NCBI GenBank assembly: GCA_963702425.1
Contig: CAVPCQ010000006.1
Location: forward strand, 352,001-416,000
Direction of reading: 5' to 3'
From: an uncultured Acidobacteriota bacterium
GTDB lineage: Bacteria; Acidobacteriota; Polarisedimenticolia; J045
Length of the DNA: 64,000 bases
The position numbers and the translations under genes are program-made. Of the stretch, positions 1 to 9,554 are shown piece after piece (within the stretch, counting starts at the first letter, position 1; every line of letters starts with the position of its first letter). The notes beneath the pieces are model-generated. The model made no database searches. It was given only the letters and a program-made list of their open reading frames with translations, and was not told the origin of the DNA.

Positions 1-346
1 GGCGGCCCTCGAGGGCCTTGAGGCCGTCCCCCTTGGCCGGGTCGCGGTCGCCGTGCAGCTTCTCCAGGTCGGGGAAGAGCTGCGGGTTGGTCTTGCCGCG
101 GTTGAAGAGCGTGACCTTCCAGCCCCTGGCGAGCGCGGCCTCCACGACCTCGGGCCCGAGGAACGCGGTGCCGCCGAGCACGAGCAGCGTCCTGCCCCCG
201 TCGCTTGCGGCCGCCCTCTCCTCGGCGGCTGCCAGGCGCGAGAGCGCGGCCGGGAACCCGATTGCCGGCGCGGCGAGTGCCAGCCCCTTCAACACCGCCC
301 GCCGACTCGCCATCCGCTTCGCCCCTTCCGCCGTCCCTGCCGTCAT
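1..346 (-). CDS. NAD-dependent epimerase/dehydratase family protein with Tat-like signal (5' part; runs off the window start)
   Basis: Manual translation from ATG at 346 after GGAGG: MTAGTAEGAKRMASRRAVLKG...LLVLGGTAFLGPEVVEAALARGWKVTLFNRGKTNP (Rossmann GGTxFxG motif, SRRxVLK twin-Arg). Confidence 0.8.
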   Translation of the reverse strand, partial: MTAGTAEGAKRMASRRAVLKGLALAAPAIGFPAALSRLAAAEERAAASDGGRTLLVLGGTAFLGPEVVEAALARGWKVTLFNRGKTNPQLFPDLEKLHGDRDPAKGDGLKALEGR

Positions 347-376
347 CGCCTTCTTCCTCCGTCGATCCCGAGCATC

Positions 377-1120
377 CTAGCCGGGACCCGGGGCGGCGCT
401 GACGCCGTTCGGCCTGCCCTCGCGACCACCAGGCACGAGCTTCCGCTCCAGCGCGGCGAGCACGATCGAGGCCGCCGACGTGGGAGTCATCGACCCGAGG
501 TTGATGACCAGGTCGTAGCCCAGCGGATCGTCCACGTCACGCCCGAAGGACTGCCTGATGAACGCCTTCTGCTCGGCGTCCAGGTCGCGGACCCGGCGCG
601 CGGCCTGCTCGCGCCGGACCCCCAGGCTCACCGCCAGGGCGTCGATCCGCTGGTCCAACGGCGCGACGACCCGCAGCCGCAGGCCGCAGCGCGCGTCGAG
701 GAACCAGTTCGCGCCGCGGCCAATGAAGATCGCGTTCCCGCCGCGGGCGATCGCGCGGATCGTCCCGACCATCTCCTCGATGAAGCGCGTCTGGCCCGGG
801 TCGCCGGGGACGATCAGGTAGGAGAGGTAGTCGTCGAGCGGTCCGGACGCATGCTCGTCGTGGGCCGCGACGATCGGCTCGGAGCGGTGCATCGTGCGCG
901 CGATCTCGACCACGATCTCGCGGTCGAGCACGCGCCAGCCGAGTTGCTCGCCGATGGTCCGCGCGAGCACCGCGCCACCGGAGCCAACCTGGCGCGACAC
1001 GGAAACCCAGCGGTGCTCTCCGCTCCCGGGGCAAACCGGCCGCTCCTCGAGGGCGCGGCGCAGACCGCTCCACCGCGCCTGGTGCTCGACGAGTTCGTGA
1101 ACGCTCTTCGCGGGGCTCAT
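377..1120 (-). CDS. Cytidylate kinase-like family protein
   Basis: SVSRQVGSGG P-loop-like motif, IGRGAN, YDLVINL typical of the Cytidylate_kin2 family. Confidence 0.8.
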   Translation of the reverse strand: MSPAKSVHELVEHQARWSGLRRALEERPVCPGSGEHRWVSVSRQVGSGGAVLARTIGEQLGWRVLDREIVVEIARTMHRSEPIVAAHDEHASGPLDDYLSYLIVPGDPGQTRFIEEMVGTIRAIARGGNAIFIGRGANWFLDARCGLRLRVVAPLDQRIDALAVSLGVRREQAARRVRDLDAEQKAFIRQSFGRDVDDPLGYDLVINLGSMTPTSAASIVLAALERKLVPGGREGRPNGVSAAPGPG

Positions 1121-1253
1121 GGCGCCTCCCTGCCGCGAAGTCGCGCCGCGAAGCCGAGGGCCATCGGTGCGCCCCCGGATCGGGGCGGGGCCCCGCGCGC
1201 GATCGACCAGTTGATATTACCGCCAAACGGCACGGGGCGGCGCCGTACGCCGC

Positions 1254-2732
1254 TCAGCGATCCTGCACAGCGACGACGAAGCCCAGCCGTGCGACTCCCG
1301 GCGGCAGCTCGGCGTCGTCGAAGTACCGACCAGCCAAGTCCTCCAGCAGCAGCGGGTTCTCGACGGTGCGCCCGACGAGCGCCGCGTCGAGCAGCACGAT
1401 CGGTTCGCGCGCCCCGAGCACCAGGAAGGTCTCGATCCCGCCCGGCCCGGCCCTCCAGTTGACGATCCGATCGGTGGCGGGGCCGGGTACGCGGACGCGG
1501 CTTCCGGCCGGAACGAGGCCGGCCGCCGTCCCGGGAGCGTCGGGCAGCAGCCCCTCCAGGCGCCCATCGGCCGAGCGGTGCAGCACGTAGAGGAACTGCT
1601 CCTCGGCCGGCGCGAGCATCAGGTAGAGCTCGTCGCCGGGAGCCACCTGGGACGCGGTTTCCAGCGGCTCGTCGCGCACCAGGCCGGAGCGGAAAAGGCG
1701 CGCCGCGAGCACCGGCGCGCTGGCGGCCACGGACTCGGCCCTGGATCCCGGGAGTTCCGGGGGAACCGTCGCGCCGCCCCGCAGCACGGGCCAGATCCCG
1801 GCCACGCCCGCCAGCAGCGCAGCAACCACCGCGAGCCAGGTCCAGGCACCGGGTCGGCGGATGCGAGCGCGCTCCGGAAGCTCCTCGAGCCGAGCGGGCC
1901 GAGGCGGGACCGCCTCTCCCAGAAGCGCCCTTTCCATCTCCGCCGCGTCGGCGAACCGCGCGCGCGGATCGCGGGCGAGCGCGCGGTCGATCGACTCTGC
2001 GACCGCTTCGGGAAGGTCCCGCCGCAGCTTCCCCGTTGGCCTGCGGCTGCCCTTCTCGTGGGCGGCGCGCAGCGCGATCAGGTCCTCGCCCTCCACCGGG
2101 AGGACCCCGGTCGCCAGCAGGTAGAGCGTCGCGCCGAGCGCGTAGAGGTCGCTGGCCGGAGCAGGCGCTTCGCCGTGCAGCAGCTCGGGCGCCGCGAAAA
2201 AGGCCGGGGAGCCGGCGGCCAGCGGGATCGAGGCCGCCGCACCGCGGGCCGGCAACGCCGCCGGACCGGGGTCCATCAGCACGACGCGCTGGCCGCGCGC
2301 GCGCAGGACGTTCCCGGCTCTCACGTCGCCGTGCACCAGGCCGGCCGCGTGCAGCGCGCCGAGCGCGCGACAGAGCGCGGTACCGGCCGCGACCAGTTCC
2401 TGGGGCGGGAGCGGGCCGTGCTCGTCGAGGAACCGGGCCATCGAGACCCCGTCCAGCAGCTCCATGAAGCGGCCGGGACGACCACCGTGCACCCCCGCGC
2501 CGAGCACGCGCACGAGGTGGGGATGCTCGATCCGGGCGAGTCGCCGACCCCACTCGACCAGTGCGAGGGCCTCCGCCGCGTCGGGTGGGGCCCCTGCTGG
2601 TAGCAGCCGCAGGACGACGATCCCGCCGCCGTCCGTGACACGGGCCCGGAAGACCTCGCCCGACGCTCCACCGCCGAGGCGCTCGAGCACCTCGAGGGGG
2701 CCCCACCTCATCCCGCTCTTCGCTTCCGCCAT
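1254..2732 (-). CDS. Hanks-type Ser/Thr protein kinase (degenerate motifs) with TM helix and C-terminal DUF4384-like domain
   Basis: LGGGASGEVF, HGDVRAGNVL, MDPG, APE, SDLYALG; TM segment WLAVVAALLAGVAGIW; start at ATG 2732 inferred. Confidence 0.8.
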   Translation of the reverse strand: MAEAKSGMRWGPLEVLERLGGGASGEVFRARVTDGGGIVVLRLLPAGAPPDAAEALALVEWGRRLARIEHPHLVRVLGAGVHGGRPGRFMELLDGVSMARFLDEHGPLPPQELVAAGTALCRALGALHAAGLVHGDVRAGNVLRARGQRVVLMDPGPAALPARGAAASIPLAAGSPAFFAAPELLHGEAPAPASDLYALGATLYLLATGVLPVEGEDLIALRAAHEKGSRRPTGKLRRDLPEAVAESIDRALARDPRARFADAAEMERALLGEAVPPRPARLEELPERARIRRPGAWTWLAVVAALLAGVAGIWPVLRGGATVPPELPGSRAESVAASAPVLAARLFRSGLVRDEPLETASQVAPGDELYLMLAPAEEQFLYVLHRSADGRLEGLLPDAPGTAAGLVPAGSRVRVPGPATDRIVNWRAGPGGIETFLVLGAREPIVLLDAALVGRTVENPLLLEDLAGRYFDDAELPPGVARLGFVVAVQDR

Positions 2733-2857
2733 CGGCAGCGAAAGGTAGCCCCTGCGCCACCGCGCCGTCCACGGCGCCGCGCTCGCCGGCGCGGCGCGCG
2801 CGGGGTGGAGCCAGCCGGCCTTCGTGTCAGACTGGATCGATCCGCGGAGGGGATGCG

Positions 2858-3847
2858 ATGCCCCCGCAGCCGCCGCACCCGCAGCTCGACCTGTTCGGCG
2901 ACGCCGTTCCCGGTCCGGCGCCGGTGCGGGAGGATCTTCTTGCGCTGGCGGCCGCGCTCCCTCCCGGCGTGAGGCTCGGCACCTCGTCCTGGTCCTTCCC
3001 CGGCTGGGCCGGACTCGTCTACGACCCGGCCGCGAACGTCGACGAGTCGGCGCTCGCGCGCCACGGGCTCGCGGCCTACGCGAGGCATCCGCTGCTGCGC
3101 ACCGTCGGCCTCGACCGGAGCTACCACGCCCCGCTTTCGGCAAGCGACTTCGCGCGCTGCGCGGCCCAGGTGCCGAACGATTTCCGCTTCGTCGTCAAGG
3201 CCTGGCAGGATCTCGTGCGCCCGAGCGTCGTCGAGGAGACCGCGTGGCACCGCGGCCTCGCCCGCAATCCGCACTTCCTCGCGGGATCCGTCGCCGAGGC
3301 CGCGGTGCTTCACCCCGCCCGCGAGGGGCTCGGAGAGAAGCTGGGCGTCGTGCTGTTCCAGTTCCCGCCGCTGCGCCGCTCCGAGAGCGGTACTCCGGCG
3401 GCCTTCGCCACCCGGCTCGCCGCGTTCCTCGCCGCGCTGCCGCGGGGGCTGGCCTACGCGGTCGAGCTGCGGACGCGCGAGCTGCTGACGCGCGCGTTCG
3501 CCCACGTGCTGCAGGAGGCCGGCGCGTCGCCCGGCTTCGTCGTCCACCCGGCGATGCCTCCGCTGGCGCGCCAGGTCGCGGTCTGCGAGCCCACGCGCTA
3601 CCCGCTGCTCGTGGTGCGCTGGATGCTGGGCGCCGGCCAGACTGACGAGGGGGCGGGCCTGCGCTACCAGCCGTTCGACCGCCTGGTCGACGAGGACCCG
3701 GTGGTGCGGTACGCCGTGGCCGGCCTCATCCGGGACGCCGCGCGCGACGGAAAGCCCGCCTACGTGATCGCGAACAACAAGGCCGAAGGGTCGGCGCCGC
3801 TGACGCTCGTGGCACTCGCGCGTGCGCTCGCGGCCGGCGGAGCGTGA
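2858..3847 (+). CDS. DUF72 family protein
   Basis: RLGTSSWSFPGW, FVVKA, VLFQFPP, YAVELR, NNKAEGSAP motifs. Confidence 0.85.
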   Translation: MPPQPPHPQLDLFGDAVPGPAPVREDLLALAAALPPGVRLGTSSWSFPGWAGLVYDPAANVDESALARHGLAAYARHPLLRTVGLDRSYHAPLSASDFARCAAQVPNDFRFVVKAWQDLVRPSVVEETAWHRGLARNPHFLAGSVAEAAVLHPAREGLGEKLGVVLFQFPPLRRSESGTPAAFATRLAAFLAALPRGLAYAVELRTRELLTRAFAHVLQEAGASPGFVVHPAMPPLARQVAVCEPTRYPLLVVRWMLGAGQTDEGAGLRYQPFDRLVDEDPVVRYAVAGLIRDAARDGKPAYVIANNKAEGSAPLTLVALARALAAGGA

Positions 3848-3859
3848 ACGGCCCGCGCG

Positions 3860-4423
3860 CTAGCGCGCCGGGGCGGCCTCGGGGGCGGTCAGGGACAGCA
3901 GCTCGTTCTTGACCCCCTCGGTCCCCCCGGTCCGCACCGCCTCGGCCAGGGCTTCGGGGAGCTTCCGGCTCAGCGTGCCCCGCAGCCGGGCGTAGAGGAC
4001 CTGCTGCTCGCCCCCCGCCACGAGCACGAGGTCGCCGAGCGTGTCGCCCTGCTCGCCGCGCACCAGGACCAGCGCCGAGCGGGCGCCGTCGCGTGTCTTG
4101 ACGACCGGCTCCCACCCGGTGATCGGCATCCGCGTGAAGTCGACGCCGGCCCCGGCGGGGGCGTCGTAGACGGCCAGTTCGAGCGCGTCGAGCCCCGCCA
4201 GCGGCAGCCCGGCGCCGTCGTTCGACGCGCCGCCGAGCACCGCGCGGGCGAGCGACATCGTCGTCGGACCGAGGGTGAACTCGAACACGCGCTGCGGATC
4301 CTGTCCGGACTGGCGGGCGATCTCGTTGCGGATCTTCGCCGGACTGAAGGAGGTGGCGCACCCGCCGGCCGCGAGCACGCCGCTGAGCGTGACCGCGAGC
4401 GCGGCCGCGGCGGGGCGCATCAT
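3860..4423 (-). CDS. Hypothetical lipoprotein (DUF4252-like)
   Basis: Hydrophobic signal ending LAAGGC; ATGA overlap with the upstream DsbA gene. Confidence 0.65.
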   Translation of the reverse strand: MMRPAAAALAVTLSGVLAAGGCATSFSPAKIRNEIARQSGQDPQRVFEFTLGPTTMSLARAVLGGASNDGAGLPLAGLDALELAVYDAPAGAGVDFTRMPITGWEPVVKTRDGARSALVLVRGEQGDTLGDLVLVAGGEQQVLYARLRGTLSRKLPEALAEAVRTGGTEGVKNELLSLTAPEAAPAR

Positions 4424-5073
4424 GCCGGGCCCTCCTCCGACGCCGCGTGGCGCATCGCCTCGAGCAGGACTTCCGTGGACTGGGAGCCCGTCACCACGTA
4501 GCGGCGGTTGAACACGAAGACCGGCACGCCGTCCACTTCGATCTCGCGCGCCGCCTCCTCCTCTGCCGCGACCCGGTCCAGCCCCGCCCCTTCCCCGAGG
4601 ACCGCGCGGATCGCGCTCCCGTCGAGCCCCGCGCGCAGCGCAACCGTCTCGAGGTTCCTCGGCTGCGTCAGGTCGACCCCTTCGACGAAGAACGCGCGGA
4701 ACAGTCCTTCGACGAGTTCCTCCTGCACCGCCGCGTCGGGGGCCGCGGCGATCAGCGCGTGGGCCACGCGGGTGTTCGGCTGGCGGGCGATGCGGTCGAA
4801 TGCGAACACGATCCCGGCGTCCCGCCCAGCCGACTGAACGCGGCCGATCGTCTCCTCGTGATCCTCGCCGAACTTCGCCAGATAGTGCTCGCGGCGGTCG
4901 ACCCCGGCGGCGGCGAGGTCCGGGTTGAGCTCGAAGGCTCGCCAGCGGACTTCCGTGGGTGGAGCCTCCGGGTTCTCACGGCCGTAGGCCGCGAGGGCCT
5001 GCTCCAGCCGCCGCTTGCCGATGTAGCACCAGGGACAGACCACGTCGGAGATCACATCGATCGTCAATGCCAT
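4420..5073 (-). CDS. DsbA/FrnE family oxidoreductase
   Basis: IDVISDVVCPWCYIGKRRL, VDGVPVFVF. Confidence 0.9.
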   Translation of the reverse strand: MALTIDVISDVVCPWCYIGKRRLEQALAAYGRENPEAPPTEVRWRAFELNPDLAAAGVDRREHYLAKFGEDHEETIGRVQSAGRDAGIVFAFDRIARQPNTRVAHALIAAAPDAAVQEELVEGLFRAFFVEGVDLTQPRNLETVALRAGLDGSAIRAVLGEGAGLDRVAAEEEAAREIEVDGVPVFVFNRRYVVTGSQSTEVLLEAMRHAASEEGPA

Positions 5074-5252
5074 GGGAACGGGCCTCGGCGCCGCGCCGGA
5101 CGCAGCCGGCGGACGTCGTAGGATAAGGCCTTTCCGGACGGCCGGGAGGCGGGATGCCCGGGCGCCGGCAAGTTGCGGCGGGGAGACGAACGCTTCCCTC
5201 CGGCGCGACATCCACTCTCGCCGATAATGCGCCCGTGAGGAGGCCTGCCGTC

Positions 5253-7013
5253 ATGAGCCGTCGCCGGGAAGACCGCGTCACCGGAAGGGCCTGTTTCGCG
5301 TGTCTCGTGCTGCTGTTGCTGCCGGCTTCGTCGGCCCGGGCGCAGGCCGCGAACCCGGTGGCTGCACCGCCCGCGGCCCCGTCCTCCGACCGCGCCGCGG
5401 TCGCGCCGCTCGACGTCGCGACCGCGCCCGTCGACAGCGCCGCGGCCGCGCAGGCGCTCGCCGACGCGATGCTCGCCGAATCCGGCCCTCCCGTCCGCAG
5501 CGAAGCGGGCGCGGCGGTCTTCGAGTTCAACCACCGCCCGATCGCCACGCTGCGCGCCAACATCGCCGCGTTCACCCCGGCCGAGCGTGCCGCCGGCGGC
5601 GCGCGGCGCCTGAAACGGGTGCTCGAGACCTCGGGCCGCCAGCCGGTGACGGCCTTTCCGATCTCCCACGGCGCGCTGCTGACCGTCGGCACGACACCGA
5701 TCGTCGCGATCGTCCACGAGGATCTCGACGAGGCGGGCGGCGAATCGCTCCTCGAAGCGACGGCCGGCGCGCGGGAGACGCTCGAACGGGTCGTGCAGGA
5801 AGCGACCGAGGAGATGCTCCTCCCGTACCTGCTGCGGGCGCTCGTGCTCTCGCTCGTGGGAGCCGCGCTGGCTGCGACGGGGGTGCTGGTGGTGCTCCGG
5901 CTGCGCCAGCGCCTGGCCCGGCGGCTGACCCGGGAGGCCGAGGTGCGACTGGGCAAGGCCAAGCTGGGCCACCTCGCCACGGTGGGCTCGGCCCAGCTCT
6001 TCCTCTGGCTCAACCGGCTGCTCACCCTCGCCGCCTGGTCGATCGGGCTGGCGATCCTGTTCCTCTGGCTCACCTTCGCGCTGCAGCGCTTCCCCGTCAC
6101 GCGGCCCTGGGGCGAGCAGATGGGAAGCTACGTCGTCTCGGCCCTCAAGACCGTCGGGACCGGGATCGTCGCCTCGATCCCCAAGCTGCTCGTGGTGCTG
6201 CTGATCGGGCTCGCGGCGCGGGTCGTCTCGCGCCTGGTCGGCGATCTCTTTCACGCGATCGAGGAGGGGCGCCTCGACGCCTCCGAGGCGCTGCGGGAGA
6301 CGGCCCCGCCGACCCGCCGCCTGCTGCAGGGCCTGGTCTGGATCTTCGCGCTGGTCCTCGCCTATCCCTACCTGCCGGGCAGCGAATCCGCAGCGTTCAA
6401 GGGTGTTTCGGTGATGATGGGTGTCATCATCTCGCTCGGTTCGGCGGGAATCGTCGGCCAGTTGATGAGCGGGCTGGTGCTGATGTACTCGCGCGCCGTG
6501 CGCCCCGGCGACTACGTCCGGATCGGGAGCGTCGAGGGGACGGTCAGCGAGCTTTCGCTGCTCTCGACCAAGCTCCGGACCAACCGGCGCGAGGAGGTCA
6601 CCATCCCCAACTCGGTCGTCGTCTCGGGGTCGACGACCAACTACCACCGGTACGCGGCGGAAGGGGTCTTGGCCGGGACGACGGTCACGATCGGTTACGA
6701 CACCCCCTGGCGCCAGGTGCACTCGCTGCTGGCGCAGGCGGCGGACCGCACTCCCGGCCTGCGGCGGCCGCCCGACCCGCGCGTGCTGCAGACCGCGCTG
6801 GGGGATTTCTACGTCGAGTACACGCTCCTGGTCTGCATCGAGCGGCCGGAGCTGCGGATCGTCACGCTGGCGACGCTGCACGAGAACATCCAGGACCTGT
6901 TCAACGAGTACGGGGTCCAGATCATGTCCCCGCACTACGAGATGGACCCGGAGGGGAAGAAGGTGGTGCCGCAGGGCGAGTGGTTCGCCCCCCCGGCGAA
7001 GAAACCGGAGTGA
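5253..7013 (+). CDS. Mechanosensitive ion channel (MscS family) with N-terminal periplasmic extension
   Basis: Signal peptide, TM helices, SGLVLMYSRAVRPGDYVRIG, EVTIPNS, TIGYDTPW, GVQIMSPHY. Confidence 0.9.
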   Translation: MSRRREDRVTGRACFACLVLLLLPASSARAQAANPVAAPPAAPSSDRAAVAPLDVATAPVDSAAAAQALADAMLAESGPPVRSEAGAAVFEFNHRPIATLRANIAAFTPAERAAGGARRLKRVLETSGRQPVTAFPISHGALLTVGTTPIVAIVHEDLDEAGGESLLEATAGARETLERVVQEATEEMLLPYLLRALVLSLVGAALAATGVLVVLRLRQRLARRLTREAEVRLGKAKLGHLATVGSAQLFLWLNRLLTLAAWSIGLAILFLWLTFALQRFPVTRPWGEQMGSYVVSALKTVGTGIVASIPKLLVVLLIGLAARVVSRLVGDLFHAIEEGRLDASEALRETAPPTRRLLQGLVWIFALVLAYPYLPGSESAAFKGVSVMMGVIISLGSAGIVGQLMSGLVLMYSRAVRPGDYVRIGSVEGTVSELSLLSTKLRTNRREEVTIPNSVVVSGSTTNYHRYAAEGVLAGTTVTIGYDTPWRQVHSLLAQAADRTPGLRRPPDPRVLQTALGDFYVEYTLLVCIERPELRIVTLATLHENIQDLFNEYGVQIMSPHYEMDPEGKKVVPQGEWFAPPAKKPE

Positions 7014-7044
7014 GCCGCGGCGCGGTCCCGGGAGGACGGAATCG

Positions 7045-7356
7045 ATGACCCGCTGCGCCGGGTGCCGCCACCGGCTGGATGACGAGTCGGTCTGCCTGAT
7101 CGCCTCGATGCACGGCTCGCTGCTGGGCGACGAGTACGTCGAGTCGTACTTCCGCTGCCCGCACTGCGGGACCTGCACCCTGTCGGTCGTGCGCGACCGG
7201 TTCGCGGGCGAGGAGGTCGTCGTGACCGAGGCGGCGGCTCTCTCCGAGGACGAGGCGGCGCGGCGCCTGGCGCTGATCGGGCGCTGCCCCGAACCGTGGA
7301 ACAAGCGTTGCCGGTGCGAGGCGCACCGGGAATACTTCGGCGACGGGCTCGACTGA
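7045..7356 (+). CDS. Small Cys-rich (putative Zn-binding) hypothetical protein
   Basis: GGAGG RBS; CAGC, CPHC, CRCEAH motifs in 103 aa. Confidence 0.7.
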   Translation: MTRCAGCRHRLDDESVCLIASMHGSLLGDEYVESYFRCPHCGTCTLSVVRDRFAGEEVVVTEAAALSEDEAARRLALIGRCPEPWNKRCRCEAHREYFGDGLD

Positions 7357-7388
7357 CGGTCGAGACGCCCGATGGAGTGGACCTGACG

Positions 7389-8084
7389 ATGCACCTCCTC
7401 CCCCGCTCGACACGAACCCTCGCGGCCCTGGGGGCCGCGCTCGCCCTCGCAGCGCTGCTGCCTTCCTGCGGTCGCGGCCCCGAGGCACCCCCGGCGGGAG
7501 CCCGGACGACGCCTGACGCGGCCGCGCCGGCCCCCGTCCCCGTGCCGGTCCAGCCCGCGCCGCCGCCGCCGCCGGCACCACCACCTCCACCACCGCCGCG
7601 CGAGCTGGCCTGGAACGGGAAGGTCGACATGAAGCTCTGGTCGCCGGGCCGGGTGAAGGCCTACAAGGCGGCGCGGCAGCTCGAGGCACCCCCTGCGCTC
7701 GCCGTCCTGAGGATCCCGCGGCTCGGCCTCGAGGTGCCGGTCTACGACGGCACCACCGACGCCGTACTGGATCTCGCGGCGGGGCGGATCGACGGCACCG
7801 CGCTGCCCGGGACCTCGGGCAACGTCGGGATCGCGGCGCACCGCGACGGCTTCTTCAGGGTGCTCAAGGACATCAAGGCCGGCGACGCGCTGGTCCTCGA
7901 GACGCCGGCGGCGACCGAGAGTTACCGGGTGGAGTGGACCCGGATCACGACGCCGGAGGATGTCAGCGTGATCGGCCCGACGGAAGGGGCAGCCGTGACG
8001 CTCGTCGGATGCTATCCGTTCTACCACGTGGGTCCGGCGCCGCAGCGGTTCATCGTGCGGGCGGTGCCGGTGAAGAAGGGCTAG
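7389..8084 (+). CDS. Class D-like sortase with lipoprotein-type signal and Pro-rich linker
   Basis: LRIPRLGL, GNVGIAAHRDGFF (catalytic His), TLVGCYPF (catalytic Cys), QRFIVRA (Arg); N-terminal LLPSC. Confidence 0.88.
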   Translation: MHLLPRSTRTLAALGAALALAALLPSCGRGPEAPPAGARTTPDAAAPAPVPVPVQPAPPPPPAPPPPPPPRELAWNGKVDMKLWSPGRVKAYKAARQLEAPPALAVLRIPRLGLEVPVYDGTTDAVLDLAAGRIDGTALPGTSGNVGIAAHRDGFFRVLKDIKAGDALVLETPAATESYRVEWTRITTPEDVSVIGPTEGAAVTLVGCYPFYHVGPAPQRFIVRAVPVKKG

Positions 8085-8184
8085 GCGCGGGCTCCGGCGA
8101 GGGGGCGGCGCTTGCTCGGCGGAGACTTACCGGCAAATAATGTGCGAGTCTGAACGGTCCCGCTCCCTCCCGAAAGGAGATCCC

Positions 8185-8811
8185 ATGAAACGCCTCGCTC
8201 TCCTCGCGACGATCGCCGCGCTCGTCGCCCTCGTCGCTCCGCTTGCCCTCGCCGCCGGCATGGCGCAGGTGACGGTCGGCACCACGCTCGAAAACCTCCA
8301 GGCCGCCTACAACGGCGAGTCCAACGCCTCCGCCAAGTACCTCGAGTTCGCGAAGCAGGCGGACAAGGAAGGTTACGCCGGCGTGGCCTCGCTGTTCCGC
8401 GCCGCGTCCCGGGCCGAGCAGGTCCACGCCGCGAAGCACGCCACCGTGATCAAGTCGCTGGGCGGAACGCCGACCGCCAAGATCGAGCCGGCCGAGGTCA
8501 AGTCGACGAAGGAGAACCTCGCGGCCGCAATCGCCGGCGAGAGCTACGAGCGCGACGCGATGTACCCGCAGTTCATCGGCAGGGCCAAGACGGACCGCAA
8601 CAGGGACGCGATCGAAAGCTTCAATTACGCCAAGACCGCCGAGGCCGAGCACGCCGTGTTCTACGCCGACGCGCTCAAGAACCTCGACGCGTGGAAGGCC
8701 AAGAAGACCTTCTACGTCTGCACCATCTGCGGCTACACCGTGATCGATCTTCCCAAGGACAAGTGCGTCTCCTGCTTCAGCCCGAAGGACAAGTACGAGG
8801 TGGTGTCCTGA
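8185..8811 (+). CDS. Rubrerythrin family protein with N-terminal signal peptide
   Basis: AAGGAG RBS; NLQAAYNGES, EQVH, NLAAAIAGES, EAEH diiron motifs; C-terminal CTICG...CVSC rubredoxin-like site. Confidence 0.9.
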   Translation: MKRLALLATIAALVALVAPLALAAGMAQVTVGTTLENLQAAYNGESNASAKYLEFAKQADKEGYAGVASLFRAASRAEQVHAAKHATVIKSLGGTPTAKIEPAEVKSTKENLAAAIAGESYERDAMYPQFIGRAKTDRNRDAIESFNYAKTAEAEHAVFYADALKNLDAWKAKKTFYVCTICGYTVIDLPKDKCVSCFSPKDKYEVVS

Positions 8812-8838
8812 TCGGCGCGCGCGCCGCAGAGGGCAGAC

Positions 8839-9339
8839 ATGCTCCCCCCGATCCCCAGCTTCGACGGCCTGCACCCGATCGTCGTCCACTTCCCCGTCGC
8901 GCTGCTGATGGTGGCGCCGCTCTTCCTCGCCCTCGCAGCGCTCTTCCCGTCGAAGGCGGGCTGCTTCGGCCGGTCGGCGCTCGTGCTGCTGGCGCTCGGG
9001 ACGACCGCGTCGTTCGTCGCGGTGGAGAGCGGCGAGGCGGCGGCCCGGCTGGCCGACCGCACCCCTGAGATTAACGCGCAGATCGAGCGCCACCAGGATC
9101 TCGCCGGCACGACGCGGAACGTTTTCGCGGTGCTTACCGTCGCCTACGCGGCCCTTCTCTTCTGGCCCAAGCTGCTGCGGAAGGAATGGGGTGCCGGAGC
9201 GCTCCGGCTGCTGAACGCCGTCGCGCTGGTCGCCGCCCTCGGCGGCGCGCTGCTGGTGGCCAACACCGGTCACGCCGGCGGGGTGCTGGTCCACGGCCTG
9301 GGCGTCCAGGCGATGATCGACGCGGCGCCGGCGCCCTGA
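8839..9339 (+). CDS. DUF2231-type membrane protein
   Basis: LHPIVVHFPVALL, four TM helices, GHAGGVLVHG. Confidence 0.8.
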   Translation: MLPPIPSFDGLHPIVVHFPVALLMVAPLFLALAALFPSKAGCFGRSALVLLALGTTASFVAVESGEAAARLADRTPEINAQIERHQDLAGTTRNVFAVLTVAYAALLFWPKLLRKEWGAGALRLLNAVALVAALGGALLVANTGHAGGVLVHGLGVQAMIDAAPAP

Positions 9340-9384
9340 GGGAAGGTCGCGCGCGGCACGGTGCGACCACGGCGGAACACGAAA

Positions 9385-9414
9385 CGGGCCGGGAGGCTGC
9401 CGCCTTCCGGCCCG
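9385..9414 (-). terminator. Intrinsic terminator-like hairpin downstream of tRNA-fMet copy 1
   Basis: CGGGCCGGGAGGC-TGCC-GCCTTCCGGCCCG stem followed by TTT on the minus strand; a near-identical hairpin lies at 11457-11486. Confidence 0.65.
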
Positions 9415-9455
9415 AACTTTCTGTGCCTCGGCGATGCCGAAGCGCGCATCAGCGA

Positions 9456-9532
<77 letters not shown>

Positions 9533-9554
9533 TCAAGTCGTTCAAAGCGGCGGG

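Noticed and set aside
2799-2811. 13-bp match to the tRNA-fMet 5' end (CGCGGGGTGGAGC)
   Set aside because: Too short in very GC-rich DNA; no cloverleaf continuation
7520-7600. CCG/CCA microsatellite
   Set aside because: It encodes the Pro-rich linker of the sortase with mixed codons
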